Part shown: in pieces, positions 1 through 14,288 of the stretch
How positions within the stretch are numbered: position 1 is the stretch's first letter
Layout: every line of letters starts with the position of its first letter
Source: Myxococcota bacterium
GTDB taxonomy: Bacteria; Myxococcota_A; UBA9160; UBA6930
Direction of reading: 5' to 3'
Assembly: GCA_965223415.1 (NCBI GenBank)
Contig: OZ245002.1
Location: forward strand, 448,001 to 512,000
Length of the DNA: 64,000 nucleotides
The notes under the pieces: generated by a model
The model's database searches: none
What the model was told of the DNA's origin: nothing
Seen by the model: only the letters and a program-made list of their open reading frames with translations
Position numbers and translations under genes: made by a program

Positions 1-627
1 GTCCTTGAAGACGTAGGTCCACAGGCCGGCCAGGGCCAGGACGCCGGCCGCGCCCAGGCCGCCCCAGGCCCGGGCCGGGATGCGCACGAACGGCAGGTAG
101 GTCGCGGCGATCAGCAGGGTGAGGACGGCGACGCCCATGTCGCGCTGCAGGACGATCAGGCCGATGGGGCCGGCGGCGATCAGGGCGGGCGCCCACAGGT
201 CGCGGACGCGACGGATCTCGCCGGGCGGATTGCGGTGGAAGTAGCGGGCCATCGCGAGCACGAGGCCGACCTTCGCCAGCTCGGCGGGCTGGAGGGAGAG
301 CGGGCCGTAGATGAGCCAGGAGCGGTTGCCCCGGGTGACCGGAGCCAGCACGAGGGTCGAGGCGACCAGCAACAGGGTGGCCACGTAGACCGGCACGGCG
401 AGGCGCTCGAGCCGCCGGTAGTCGAGCACCAGGGCGAGGAGCAGCCCTCCCGTACCGACGCCCAGAGCCAGGAGCTGGCGCCGGAACTCCGACGGCATCC
501 CCGAGACCGCCCCTGGCGAGGCGGCCGAGTAGAGGTTGGCGAAGCCGATCGCCACGACCGCCAGCACGAGCCCGAGCAGCACCCAGTCGAAGTGCTGCAG
601 GGATCGTCGGTCAATCGCCGGCCGCAT
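1..627 (-). CDS. rodA: Rod shape-determining protein RodA (runs off the left edge of the window)
   Basis: Own translation from ATG 627: MRPAIDRRSLQHFDWVLLGLV..., hydrophobic, with SEDS motif LQPAELAK; directly downstream of and overlapping mrdA. Confidence 0.9.
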   Translation of the reverse strand, partial: MRPAIDRRSLQHFDWVLLGLVLAVVAIGFANLYSAASPGAVSGMPSEFRRQLLALGVGTGGLLLALVLDYRRLERLAVPVYVATLLLVASTLVLAPVTRGNRSWLIYGPLSLQPAELAKVGLVLAMARYFHRNPPGEIRRVRDLWAPALIAAGPIGLIVLQRDMGVAVLTLLIAATYLPFVRIPARAWGGLGAAGVLALAGLWTYVFKD

Positions 628-2518
628 CGGGCTCTCCGTTCTCGGCGCTGGCGGCGGCCACCAGCGGCGCGCCGTGCTTCTTCTCGAAGTAGCGGGCGAG
701 GATCCGCTGCGCGATGGGCGCCGCCGCGGTGCTGCCGTGCAGCCCGTGCTCGACGAACACGGCCACGGCGATCTCGGGATCGTCGACGGGGGCGAAGGCG
801 GCGAACCAGCCGTGGTCCCGCTGGCGGATCGGGATCTCGTGCTCGTCGAGGCCCTCGACCCGCTCGAGCCGCACGACCTGGGCCGTACCGGTCTTGCCGG
901 CCACCTCGACGCCGGGTACGCGGGCGCGGGGGCCGGTGCCGCCGGGCTCCTCGACCACGGCGCGCAGCCCGGCTCGCACCAGGGCGAGACGGGCGGGAGT
1001 GACCGGGACCTCGCCGACCACCTCCGTGGGGAAGTGCTTCACGGTGATGCCGTCCTGGGTCTCCAGCCGCAGCACGAGCCGCGGCTTCATCACCTTCCCG
1101 CCGGAGGCGATGGCGGCGTAGGCCACGGCGAGCTGCATGGGCGTGTACAGGTTGAAGCCCTGGCCGATGCTCGCGGACACGGTCTCGCCCGGGAACCAGG
1201 GTTGCCCGAAGCGCCGGCGCTTCCACGAGCTCGACGGCACGAGGCCCGGCGCCTCACTCCCCAGCCCGAGGCCTTGCTTGCGACCGATGCCGAAGGCCTT
1301 GGCGTAGACCGCGAGCTTGTCGATGCCGAGCTTCTGACCGTAGGTGTAGAAGAAGACGTCGCAGGACTCGCGGAGCGCGTCGATCACGTCGACGGTGCCG
1401 TGCCCCGCCCGCTTCCAGCAGCGGTAGATGCGGCCGCCGAAGCGGAAGAAGCCGGGACAGAAGGCCGTGGTGTGGCGACCGATCACGCCCTCCTGGAGCA
1501 GCGCCGCCGCCACGATCGCCTTGTGGGTAGAGCCCGGGGGGTAGTGGTTCTGGATCGCGCGGTTCTGGAGGGGGTCCCAATCGTCGGAAGTGAGCCCTTT
1601 CCACGTGGCTGTGTCGATGCCGCCGGCGAAATCGTTCGGGTCGAAGGTGGGCCGGGACGCGAGGGCCAGCACGTCGCCGGTCGCGACGTCGAGGGCGACG
1701 GCCGCGCCCATGTGGAGCGGCTCGCCCTCGGGCACGTGGGCGAAGCCCTCCTCGGCGGCCCGCTGGAGATCGCGGTCGAGGCTCAGCACCACGCGTCCGC
1801 CGGGCACCGGAGGCACCTCGAGGAGCGGGTCGCCCACCTCGCGCCCGGCCGCGTCCACCATGACGTTGCGTCCGCCCTCGCGGCCGCGCAGGTGGCTCTC
1901 GAAGCGCGCCTCGAGGCCGGTCTGGCCGATCACGTCGCCTGCCCGGTAGTCCCGGAAGCGCTCGCGCTCGAGCTGATCGGCGCGGATCTCACCGATCGTG
2001 CCGAGCAGGTGAGCGGCCAGCGGGCCGTCGAGGTAGTGGCGACGGGGCTCGACATGGGTAGCGACGCCCGGCATGGCGAAGCGATGGGACTCGACCTGCG
2101 CGAGGGTCTCGAAATCGAGATCGTCCGCGAGCACCCGGCGTCGGAAGCGGCCCCGGCCGGTGCTGGAGCCCGCCATCTCGTCGAGCACCGCCGGCTCCGC
2201 CTGGAGCAGCTGGCCCAGGGCGGCGAAGGTGTTCGCGCGGGCGGCGAGATCGTTCGGCGTCACCTCGACCCGGTAGGCGGGACGGGTCGACGCGAGCACC
2301 CGGCCCTCCCGGTCGAGCACCTCGCCGCGGGGCGCCTCGAGACGCACCTGGCGCACCGAGTTCTGCTCGGAACGCCTCCGCAGCTCGTCTCCCTCCAGCA
2401 CCTGGAGCTGGAAGAGGCGGACGACGAACACCAGGAGGACGAGCAGGATCAGCGCACCGGCCAGGCGCAGCCGGCCCTCGATGGGCGGCTGGCTACTGGC
2501 CAGGTGGCCGCCGCTCAC
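611..2518 (-). CDS. mrdA: Penicillin-binding protein 2
   Basis: N-terminal TM, PGSTHK (SxxK), SCD, KTGTAQ; mre operon context. Confidence 0.95.
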   Translation of the reverse strand: MSGGHLASSQPPIEGRLRLAGALILLVLLVFVVRLFQLQVLEGDELRRRSEQNSVRQVRLEAPRGEVLDREGRVLASTRPAYRVEVTPNDLAARANTFAALGQLLQAEPAVLDEMAGSSTGRGRFRRRVLADDLDFETLAQVESHRFAMPGVATHVEPRRHYLDGPLAAHLLGTIGEIRADQLERERFRDYRAGDVIGQTGLEARFESHLRGREGGRNVMVDAAGREVGDPLLEVPPVPGGRVVLSLDRDLQRAAEEGFAHVPEGEPLHMGAAVALDVATGDVLALASRPTFDPNDFAGGIDTATWKGLTSDDWDPLQNRAIQNHYPPGSTHKAIVAAALLQEGVIGRHTTAFCPGFFRFGGRIYRCWKRAGHGTVDVIDALRESCDVFFYTYGQKLGIDKLAVYAKAFGIGRKQGLGLGSEAPGLVPSSSWKRRRFGQPWFPGETVSASIGQGFNLYTPMQLAVAYAAIASGGKVMKPRLVLRLETQDGITVKHFPTEVVGEVPVTPARLALVRAGLRAVVEEPGGTGPRARVPGVEVAGKTGTAQVVRLERVEGLDEHEIPIRQRDHGWFAAFAPVDDPEIAVAVFVEHGLHGSTAAAPIAQRILARYFEKKHGAPLVAAASAENGEPDAAGD

Positions 2519-2576
2519 CGCGGCCCCGGGAGCGACGGGTGCCGCGGCCCCGAGAGCGGAGCCTGCCGCGGCCGCA

Positions 2577-3110
2577 TCATCGGACCGCGGGCCTCCGCGT
2601 GTCGAGGCGCATCTCGCGCCGGGCCTGGCTCTCGTCCAGCCGGTCCACGAGGCCCTGGGCGAAGCTGCCGGCGAAGGGCGCGCACACGCCCGTCGCCACC
2701 GTGCGAACCAGGACGCCGCCGACCTCGGACCAGTGGAAGGCGAGCCCCAGGAAGAACCGGCTCTGGGCGACCAGCAGCAGGGCGTCGACGGCGGCCAGGG
2801 TCGTCACGAAGACGACCAGCGGCAGGCCGTGGCGCAGGTCGAGCTGGGACGCGACGACCCGCGTCGCCAGGAACTCGAGCAATCGCAGCATCGCCTGCTG
2901 TCCGAGCAGCGTGCCGGAGAGCGCGTCGGCACCGAGGCCCACGAGGAATGCCACCACCAGCCCCTCACCGGGCCCCAGCACGAGCCCGGCCGCCACCGCC
3001 GCGAGGAGGGAGGCCTGGGGCACGAAGCGCACCGGGACGCCGCTCGTGAGCGCGCTCTCGAGCACCAGCGCCAGGAGGCCGAGGACCAGGACGGCGGCGG
3101 TCTTCCTCAC
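2577..3110 (-). CDS. mreD: Rod shape-determining protein MreD
   Basis: Hydrophobic 177-aa ORF from a GTG overlapping the mreC stop (GTGA), between mreC and mrdA. Confidence 0.8.
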   Translation of the reverse strand: MRKTAAVLVLGLLALVLESALTSGVPVRFVPQASLLAAVAAGLVLGPGEGLVVAFLVGLGADALSGTLLGQQAMLRLLEFLATRVVASQLDLRHGLPLVVFVTTLAAVDALLLVAQSRFFLGLAFHWSEVGGVLVRTVATGVCAPFAGSFAQGLVDRLDESQARREMRLDTRRPAVR

Positions 3111-4048
3111 CGGACCGGCGCTCCCGCGGCCACGTCGTCTCCCTTCCCGGGCGCGGAGGCATCGTCCGCCTCCGGGTCCGGCAGGTCCCCGTCTCCGGCG
3201 TACAGGAGATCCATGGTGGGCGCGCGGCGCAGCATCACGAAGACCTGCTCGAGGTGTCCGAAGTCCACCGACGGCACCACCTTCGCCTTGTGCAGGAGCT
3301 CGGCGCGGTCGGTGCTCACCTCGGTCACCTCGCCGATGCGCACGCCCTTCGGGTACACGCCGCCCACGCCGGAGGTGATCACCACATCGCCCGGAACCAC
3401 GTCGTCGCCGCGCACCATGAAGACGAACTCGATCTCGCCGGTGCCCGTGCCGCGGACGATCCCGCGCGCCCGGCTGCGCTGTACGATCGCATCGGCGGCG
3501 CTGCGCCGGTCGAGGAGCAGCATGGCCCGCGCCGCGGTGAACGAAGTGGCCGTGACGACGCCGACCAGCCCGCGGTCCGAGACCACCGGCATGCCCGAGA
3601 GCACGTCGGCGCCCCGTCCGCGGTCGAGGAGGATGGCGTGGAACCAGGACGACACGTCCTGTCCCACGACCTGGGCCGGCAGGAGCGGCACCTCGAAGCC
3701 CTCCCGCATGCGCGCGATCGCGTCCAGGTGGCCGCCGGCGACCAGGGCCTCGCGGAACTGGAGGTTCTCCTCCTCGAGCTCGGCCACGCGGCTCTCCAGC
3801 AGCTCGTTCCGCTCCCGCAGGTCGACGAGGGCGAAGTAGTTCGCCCAGGTCTCGCCCAGCCACTCGACCGGGCTGGCCAGGGCCTTCTGCAGCGGGGCCG
3901 CCACCTCGAAGATCGAGTTCGGCACGGCGGAGGCGGCGGTGTCGTCGCCGGTCGGCCCCTCCCGATCGGCCAGCATCAGGACGAGGGTCAGCAGCAGCAG
4001 CCCCGCGAAGAGAAGGGGCAGGCGGATGCGGCGCAGGAAATCGCCCAT
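3107..4048 (-). CDS. mreC: Rod shape-determining protein MreC
   Basis: N-terminal TM, coiled coil, GDVVITSGVGGVYPKG motif. Confidence 0.93.
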   Translation of the reverse strand: MGDFLRRIRLPLLFAGLLLLTLVLMLADREGPTGDDTAASAVPNSIFEVAAPLQKALASPVEWLGETWANYFALVDLRERNELLESRVAELEEENLQFREALVAGGHLDAIARMREGFEVPLLPAQVVGQDVSSWFHAILLDRGRGADVLSGMPVVSDRGLVGVVTATSFTAARAMLLLDRRSAADAIVQRSRARGIVRGTGTGEIEFVFMVRGDDVVPGDVVITSGVGGVYPKGVRIGEVTEVSTDRAELLHKAKVVPSVDFGHLEQVFVMLRRAPTMDLLYAGDGDLPDPEADDASAPGKGDDVAAGAPVR

Positions 4049-4070
4049 GGCCTCCCCATGGGCGGGGGCA

Positions 4071-6959
<2,889 letters not shown>

Positions 6960-7170
6960 CCTCTCATGGGGCCTAGCCCGGCGGCCCCCTGGTGACGCAC
7001 GGATCCAGCAGATGGAAGCGGGGTCGGAGACCCTGGCGAGCTTCGGCGCGGTCAACGTGCGCCGGGCCTCACTGGGTTCCAGCGCCTGGGGGATCCCGAA
7101 GGACCTCGGGATCGAGGCGATCACGGAGCACTGCACCTCCTCTCGAGATCCCCCCGCACCGAGCGGCCCG

Positions 7171-7209
7171 AAACGAAACGGGCCCCCGGCGCCTAGCGCC
7201 GGGGGCCCG
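7171..7209 (-). terminator. Intrinsic terminator of the sigma factor gene
   Basis: 14-bp GC stem (7179-7209) with 3-nt loop, followed by TTTCGTTT on the minus strand. Confidence 0.8.
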
Positions 7210-7230
7210 CGGGATCGAGAGGCGGCGGGG

Positions 7231-8778
7231 CTAGAGCGTCGCCTCGAACACGAACGCCTCCAGCCGGTCCCGGCTGTCGGAGTTCCGCAGCTTCGCCAGC
7301 GCCCGCGCCTCGAGCTGGCGCACGCGCTCCCGGGAGAGACCGAGCTTGCCGCCGATCTCCTCCAGGGTGTGCTCGCGCTCGCCCTTCAGGCCGAAGCGCC
7401 AGCGCAGGATGTTGCGCTCGCGCTCGCAGAGCTGGGCGATGGACGTGTCGCTGGCCCGCTCCAGCCGGGCGTGGTCGAGGCCCGCCACCGGCGAGATCGG
7501 GTTCTGGTCGGCAACGATGTCCTTGACCTTCTTCGAGTCCGTGCCGGGCACGTCCTTCTCGAGGCTCACCGGCTCCCGGACCATGCGCTGGAGCTGCTCG
7601 GCCCGCTCCTCGTCGATGTCCATGGCCTTGGCGATCTCGAGGGTGGTCGGATCCCGGCCCAGCTTCTTCTCGAGCGCGTTGTACGCCCGGTAGTACTTGA
7701 GCAGCGTGTCGTGCACGTGGCTCGGGATACGGATCGTCCGCGAGTGGTTCTGGATCGCGCGGATCAGCGCCTGGCGGATCCACCACACGGCGTAGGTCGA
7801 GAACTTGTGGCCGCGCTGGTACTCGAACTTCTCCACTGCCCGGATGAGCCCGATGTTCCCCTCCTGGATCAGGTCCTGGAAGGTGATGCCCATGTTCCGG
7901 AAGTCCTTGGCGATGGCCACGACGAGCTTCAGGTTGTGCTGGACGAAGACGTTCTTCACCTCGGACAGCCGCTCCCACTCGTCCTCCACCCGGCCCATGT
8001 GGGCGACGAAGTCCTCGGGCTCCATGCCGACCTCGTAGGCGAGCTCGGCGCCCTTCTCCCGCCAGCGAGCCAGCTCCTGCTTGCGCTTGGCCTTGCCCGC
8101 CTCGCTCTGGGGAGCGCGCTTGCTCGAGGTGAGCGCCGCCACGCGCCGGTTGGCGCGGGCCGCGCTCTTGTACAGCTCGAGCAGGCCCTTGCGGATGCGG
8201 CCCAGGAGCTGCATCGAGAGGTCGGCCTCCTTCAGCAGCCGGGCGGCCCGCCGGTCGTACTTCGGCACCTCGGCGGTCTTGCCGGCCTCGATGGCGGCCT
8301 CGCGCTTGCGCAGGGCCAGCTCGATCTTTCCGAGGATCTGGTCGATGCGACCGCCGAGATCGACGCCCTCCGGCGAGCCGGAGCCGAAGCTCTCGCACAT
8401 CTTGCCGGTGGCTCGATTCTCCGCCTTGAGACCCTGCCAGATGCGCACGGCCTCCTTCGCGGTCCAGGGGATCGTGACCATGCCTTCGCGGAAGGCGAGG
8501 GTCGCGGCCTCGATCTCCTTGGCGAGGATGACCTCCTCCTCCTTCTTCAGGGTCGCGATCTCCGCGATGTCCTTGAAGTAGGAGACGAGGGCACCGCGCT
8601 CGCTCGAGCGCTGGCTCTCGGTCTGGGTGTTCAGCCGCTTCGGATCGACGCGGGTCATCGACTTCGCGTTCTTCACGGCCTGGGCGTCGGTCTCCTGACC
8701 GAGCTCGTTGTCGGGCGCGATGCGCCGCCAGGTGGCGCGTCGCCGCTCCACGATGGAGAGATGGTTCTGGTTGCTCAC
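7231..8778 (-). CDS. Alternative sigma70-family factor (RpoD/RpoS-like, no region 1.1)
   Basis: Region 1.2 [17 protein letters not shown], region 2 [37 protein letters not shown], region 4 [20 protein letters not shown]. Confidence 0.92.
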   Translation of the reverse strand: MSNQNHLSIVERRRATWRRIAPDNELGQETDAQAVKNAKSMTRVDPKRLNTQTESQRSSERGALVSYFKDIAEIATLKKEEEVILAKEIEAATLAFREGMVTIPWTAKEAVRIWQGLKAENRATGKMCESFGSGSPEGVDLGGRIDQILGKIELALRKREAAIEAGKTAEVPKYDRRAARLLKEADLSMQLLGRIRKGLLELYKSAARANRRVAALTSSKRAPQSEAGKAKRKQELARWREKGAELAYEVGMEPEDFVAHMGRVEDEWERLSEVKNVFVQHNLKLVVAIAKDFRNMGITFQDLIQEGNIGLIRAVEKFEYQRGHKFSTYAVWWIRQALIRAIQNHSRTIRIPSHVHDTLLKYYRAYNALEKKLGRDPTTLEIAKAMDIDEERAEQLQRMVREPVSLEKDVPGTDSKKVKDIVADQNPISPVAGLDHARLERASDTSIAQLCERERNILRWRFGLKGEREHTLEEIGGKLGLSRERVRQLEARALAKLRNSDSRDRLEAFVFEATL

Positions 8779-9185
8779 CCCTCACCCTCCTCATGCCCTG
8801 CAAGCGACGGATAGGGGCCGCCGCTCTTCGAAGTCCCGCCGCGCGCTCGCCCCCCGGGCTCTCCGGACGGCCCCTGCTCGCGTGCAGGCCCCGATTCGTT
8901 TTGTTGTGGTCCGGACACGCCTCGCGGCGCTCGTTCGGGCGCTTCGCTGGCGCGGGGGGCGTCGACTTCGTCCGATCCGCCCCGCTCTCCCTGCGCCTGC
9001 CTTCCGCCTTCGCCGGGCTTCGGGACGATCCAGGCGCCGCGTTGGGGTTTCGCGCCGTCCCCGTCGTCCCGCGAGCCGCTCGACGCATCGCAGCAGAGCG
9101 CTTTCGCTTGGAGAATCGGACAGTTCGGCAGGCCGGTTCCGGCTGGAGGTGCCGGGCTCACGCCCTTCCGTTCCAATCGGACTGC

Positions 9186-9214
9186 AGGGTATGCCGCTTT
9201 ACGGGGTTTGCCAA
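9186..9214 (-). promoter_or_regulatory. Candidate sigma70 promoter of the sigma factor gene
   Basis: TTGGCA-17 nt-TACCCT on the minus strand. Confidence 0.55.
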
Positions 9215-9364
9215 GCCCAAAATGACGCTGTGAGGTGAAATAAATTCATAAACAAATTCAATGAGTTATCGGTCGTTATGGGACTTGAGAGCGCTCGATG
9301 CTGACGCGGCGCGCCATGACGCTCGATCGAGTGGTCAGAAACGCCGCGTCATGGCGCCCCTCCG

Positions 9365-9946
9365 CTACGCGAAGGACGCCTTGCGATGCCGGATCAGCTC
9401 CATGAACTCCGAGCGGGTCTTGGAGTCGCTCTGGAAGACGCCCTTCAGCGAGCTGGTGATGGCGAAGGCGTTCTGCTGCTCCACGCCGCGCATCATCATG
9501 CACAGGTGGATCGACTCGGCGACCACCGCCACGCCGCGCGGGTGGAGCACCTTCTCGATGGTCTCGGCGACCTCCATCGTCAGGCGCTCCTGCACCTGGA
9601 GACGGCGGGCGAACATGTGGACCAGGCGGGGGATCTTCGAGAGGCCCACGACCTTGCCGTTCGGGATGTAGGCCACGTGGAGCCGGCCGAAGAAGGGAAG
9701 CATGTGGTGCTCGCAGAGGCTGTAGAAGTCGACGTCCTTCACCAGGACCATCTCGTCGTAGGTCACGTCGAACATGGCGTCGTTCAGGATCGTGACCGGA
9801 TCCTCCTCGTAGCCCTTGGTCAGGAAGCGCATGGCCTTGGCCACCCGGGCCGGCGTGCGCTGGAGGCCGTCGCGCTGGGGGTCCTCGCCCAGCTCCTTCA
9901 GCAGGCGCTCGATCAGGGGCTCGATCGCGTCGCGGGAGTCGCTCAT
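9365..9946 (-). CDS. folE: GTP cyclohydrolase I
   Basis: [36 protein letters not shown]. Confidence 0.97.
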   Translation of the reverse strand: MSDSRDAIEPLIERLLKELGEDPQRDGLQRTPARVAKAMRFLTKGYEEDPVTILNDAMFDVTYDEMVLVKDVDFYSLCEHHMLPFFGRLHVAYIPNGKVVGLSKIPRLVHMFARRLQVQERLTMEVAETIEKVLHPRGVAVVAESIHLCMMMRGVEQQNAFAITSSLKGVFQSDSKTRSEFMELIRHRKASFA

Positions 9947-9968
9947 GGGCCGATGCTAGCCCGCGGGC

Positions 9969-10571
9969 TCAGTAGCTGCGCAGCAGCCCCCGGACGACGC
10001 CTCGGATCTGGACGTCCTGGGCCGGCACCTCGATGGGCCGCAGCGCCTGGTTCGCGGGCTCCAGCACCACCTTCGCGCCCCGCTTGTAGAACCTCTTGAG
10101 CGTCGCCTCGCTGCCGCGCACGAGGGCCACGACCGTCTCGCCGTTGCGGGCCTCGGGCCGGCTCTCGACCACCACGTAGTCCCCGTCCTGGATGTGGTCG
10201 TCGATCATCGAGTCGCCGCGCACCTGGAGAACGAAGCTCTCGCCCTGGCGCCGGACCATGTCCCGGGGCACGGCCACCCGCTCGTCCTGCTCGTAGACCT
10301 CGATCGGCGCGCCCGCGGCCACGGTGCCGAGCAGGGGCAGCTCGACCAGCCCGCTGCGCTCCTCGTCCATGGGCTCGACCGAGCGGGAGCGGTTCCAGGC
10401 CTTCTTCAGGAAGCCCTTCTCCACCAAGTGCTGGACGTGCTTGTGGACGGTGGCGACCGAGGAGAGGCCGAAGGCCTGGCCGATTTCCTCGAGGCTCGGC
10501 GAGTAGCCGTGCTCATCCACGAACTGGCGGATGAAGTCGTAGATCTCGCGCTGGCGGCGGGTGAGCGCCAC
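9969..10571 (-). CDS. lexA: SOS repressor LexA
   Basis: LTRRQREI winged helix, VAAG cleavage site, GDSM (Ser), TLKR (Lys). Confidence 0.96.
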   Translation of the reverse strand: MALTRRQREIYDFIRQFVDEHGYSPSLEEIGQAFGLSSVATVHKHVQHLVEKGFLKKAWNRSRSVEPMDEERSGLVELPLLGTVAAGAPIEVYEQDERVAVPRDMVRRQGESFVLQVRGDSMIDDHIQDGDYVVVESRPEARNGETVVALVRGSEATLKRFYKRGAKVVLEPANQALRPIEVPAQDVQIRGVVRGLLRSY

Positions 10572-10589
10572 GGGATGCCTCCTCGTGGT

Positions 10590-10626
10590 TTCGCCAAAGC
10601 TTCGCCGAAGAGAAGGCGAAGGTCAA
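10590..10626 (-). promoter_or_regulatory. lexA promoter with overlapping GGCGAA/TTCGCC repeats (candidate operator)
   Basis: TTGACC-17 nt-GAAGCT on the minus strand; three copies of the hexamer at 10590, 10601 and 10615. Confidence 0.55.
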
Positions 10627-10683
10627 GGAAATCTGACCGATCGCTTGACGGCGAGCCCCGGGTGCACAGCGTCCCGGCCAGGT

Positions 10684-10710
10684 TTGGCAAACGGGGGCGC
10701 CGAGTGCTAA
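10684..10710 (+). promoter_or_regulatory. CIRCE element (HrcA operator) upstream of groES
   Basis: TTGGCAAAC-N9-GAGTGCTAA; right arm perfect, left arm 6/9; hrcA is in the window. Confidence 0.8.
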
Positions 10711-10819
10711 CTCGGTGCGCTCGGGTTCGCTCATCTGGCGAGGAGCCCGGGGCATCCCATCCCCATCATCCCCGCCCCACCCCCTATCCCGGGTGAGGGC
10801 CTCGGAGGAACGGACAGGC

Positions 10820-11107
10820 ATGAAGATCCGACCGCTCCAGGACAGGATCCTGGTCAAGCGCGTGGACGAGGAAGAGACGACGGCCGGGGGCATCATCATC
10901 CCCGATACCGCCAAGGAGAAGCCCCAGGAGGGCGTGGTGATCGCCGCCGGCGGCGGCAAGGTCCGCGAGGACGGCACCGTCCAGCCCCTGGACGTCAAGA
11001 AGGGCGACAAGGTGCTGTTCAGCAAGTACGCGGGCACCGAATGCACCCTCGATGGCGAAGAGCACCTCATCATCCGCGAGGACGACATCCTCGGGGTCCT
11101 GGAGTAG
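10820..11107 (+). CDS. groES: Co-chaperonin GroES
   Basis: [13 protein letters not shown]...[13 protein letters not shown]. Confidence 0.98.
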   Translation: MKIRPLQDRILVKRVDEEETTAGGIIIPDTAKEKPQEGVVIAAGGGKVREDGTVQPLDVKKGDKVLFSKYAGTECTLDGEEHLIIREDDILGVLE

Positions 11108-12760
<1,653 letters not shown>

Positions 12761-12817
12761 GCGTCTTCGGACGGCTGCCAGACTCCTGTAGGGGTCTAGC
12801 GACACCTGCGGAACGTC

Positions 12818-12854
12818 ACCGCCCCGGAGCCCTCGCTCCGGGGCGGTCTTCGTT
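12818..12854 (+). terminator. groESL terminator
   Basis: ACCGCCCCGGAGC-CCTC-GCTCCGGGGCGGT followed by CTTCGTT. Confidence 0.75.
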
Positions 12855-12907
12855 GGGATGCAGGTCACACATTCAAGCCCCCGCGCGATCGGGCCGAAAC
12901 GCCTTTC

Positions 12908-14266
12908 GTGGACGAGCGTCAGGCCCAGGAGCGACTCGCGAGGCGGCTGCGGGGGATGGGACTCGAGGTCGAGATCCTTCCCGGCGGGCGCTGTGTGCGC
13001 GGGGTGCTCCCGCTGGGCCCGGAGCCGTTGCTGACGCCGTCTGGGCCCTTCGCCGCCGCGGCGGTGGAGTTCGCCAGCGTCGGCCCCCAGCGCATCAAAT
13101 GCCTGCGGCCGGCCGCCCTCTTCCAGCTACCGATCGTCTCGATCGCGGGCTGCGGCGACGCGATCGAGCTCGAGGGACGGGTGCGGGCGGCCTGGATCGA
13201 TCACATGGCCCACCTGCGGACCGCCCGCGACGTGCTCGACGCCGGCGGGGTCGAGCACGAAGGCGAGTGGCACGATGCGGGGCTGGCCGTCGCCATCCAC
13301 CAGGATCCCCCCGATGCCCGGGCCCGTTGGGTGGCGAAGCGCACCCTCTCCCTGCCCTCTCCCGGACCGCTCGCGGGCCGCGCCCTGGCGGCGCCCGCCG
13401 AGCGGGTGGTCGAGCTACCTGCAGAGGCGCGCTCCGCATCCGAGATCGAGCTCGCGGTGGGCGCCCGCCTCGAAGCCCTGGGGCGTCAGCTCGACGAGCG
13501 CGACGAACGCCGGCGGCGGCGACACGCCCACGAGGGCGAGCCGGGTGTGCCCCAGCCCCTCCACCCGGTCTTTCGCGGCCGGGACCGCGACGTGCTGCTG
13601 GTCGGCCCCCAGCTCTCCCAGGAGTTCGAGCTCCAGGGCGCCCTGCGCCAGCGCGGCTTCCGTTCCACCCTGGCCCGGGGCGCCGACGCGGCGCGGGCTG
13701 CCTTCGACGAGAGCTCCTTCGAGGTGGTCGTGGTGGATGCAGTGCTCGATCGCGCCGAGGGCCTCGAGCTCATCCCGACCCTCGCCGACGTGCCGGGCAT
13801 CGGCGAGCTGCCGGTCGTGCTGATCGACGACCGGGCCCGCGAGAGCCGCCGGGAGGCCGCCCGCGCGTTGGGCGCCGCCGGCTACCTGGTCCGGCCCCTC
13901 GACGCCCAACGGCTGGCGGCGGGCCTGGAGAGGCTCGTCACCGAGCGCCCCCAGCGGCGCTTCGACCGCTTCTCCCACAAGCTGGCGGTGGCCTGGGAGG
14001 ACGGCTGCGACGGCTTCACCACGGTGGTCGGTCGCCGCGGCCTGTTCGTCTCCACGCCGCGCCCGAGCCCACCGGGCGCTCTCGAGAAGGTCGAGCTGGC
14101 GCTTCCGGAGACGGGCGAGCGGGTCTCGATGGACGTCGAGACGCTCTACCGGGTCGAGGCCCGAGGTGGACGCGACGCAGGCATCGGGGTGCGCATCCGC
14201 GCCTTCCCCGACGACCACGAGACACGCTGGATCGACTACCTGACGGCGCTGGAACGGCCCGGCTGA
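12908..14266 (+). CDS. Unknown N-terminal domain + receiver domain + PilZ-like domain
   Basis: REC-like FEVVVVDAVL...LGAAGYLVRP; C-terminal QRRFDRF (RxxxR) and GLFV...GIGVRI PilZ-like barrel. Confidence 0.7.
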   Translation: MDERQAQERLARRLRGMGLEVEILPGGRCVRGVLPLGPEPLLTPSGPFAAAAVEFASVGPQRIKCLRPAALFQLPIVSIAGCGDAIELEGRVRAAWIDHMAHLRTARDVLDAGGVEHEGEWHDAGLAVAIHQDPPDARARWVAKRTLSLPSPGPLAGRALAAPAERVVELPAEARSASEIELAVGARLEALGRQLDERDERRRRRHAHEGEPGVPQPLHPVFRGRDRDVLLVGPQLSQEFELQGALRQRGFRSTLARGADAARAAFDESSFEVVVVDAVLDRAEGLELIPTLADVPGIGELPVVLIDDRARESRREAARALGAAGYLVRPLDAQRLAAGLERLVTERPQRRFDRFSHKLAVAWEDGCDGFTTVVGRRGLFVSTPRPSPPGALEKVELALPETGERVSMDVETLYRVEARGGRDAGIGVRIRAFPDDHETRWIDYLTALERPG

Positions 14267-14288
14267 GCCGAAGCCCAGCCGGTCGGCC

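Noticed and set aside
536..3049. Long alternative-frame and antisense ORFs (also 42709..45843, 22360..24696, 28874..31210 and others)
   Set aside because: Shadow ORFs of high-GC DNA overlapping well-supported genes, with low-complexity Arg/Pro/Gly/Ala translations or no recognisable motifs
9124..9213. GGCAAACC...CTGCCGAA resemblance to a c-di-GMP-I riboswitch
   Set aside because: Lacks the GNRA loop and GACGCAAAG core; the 5' part is better explained as a -35/-10 promoter
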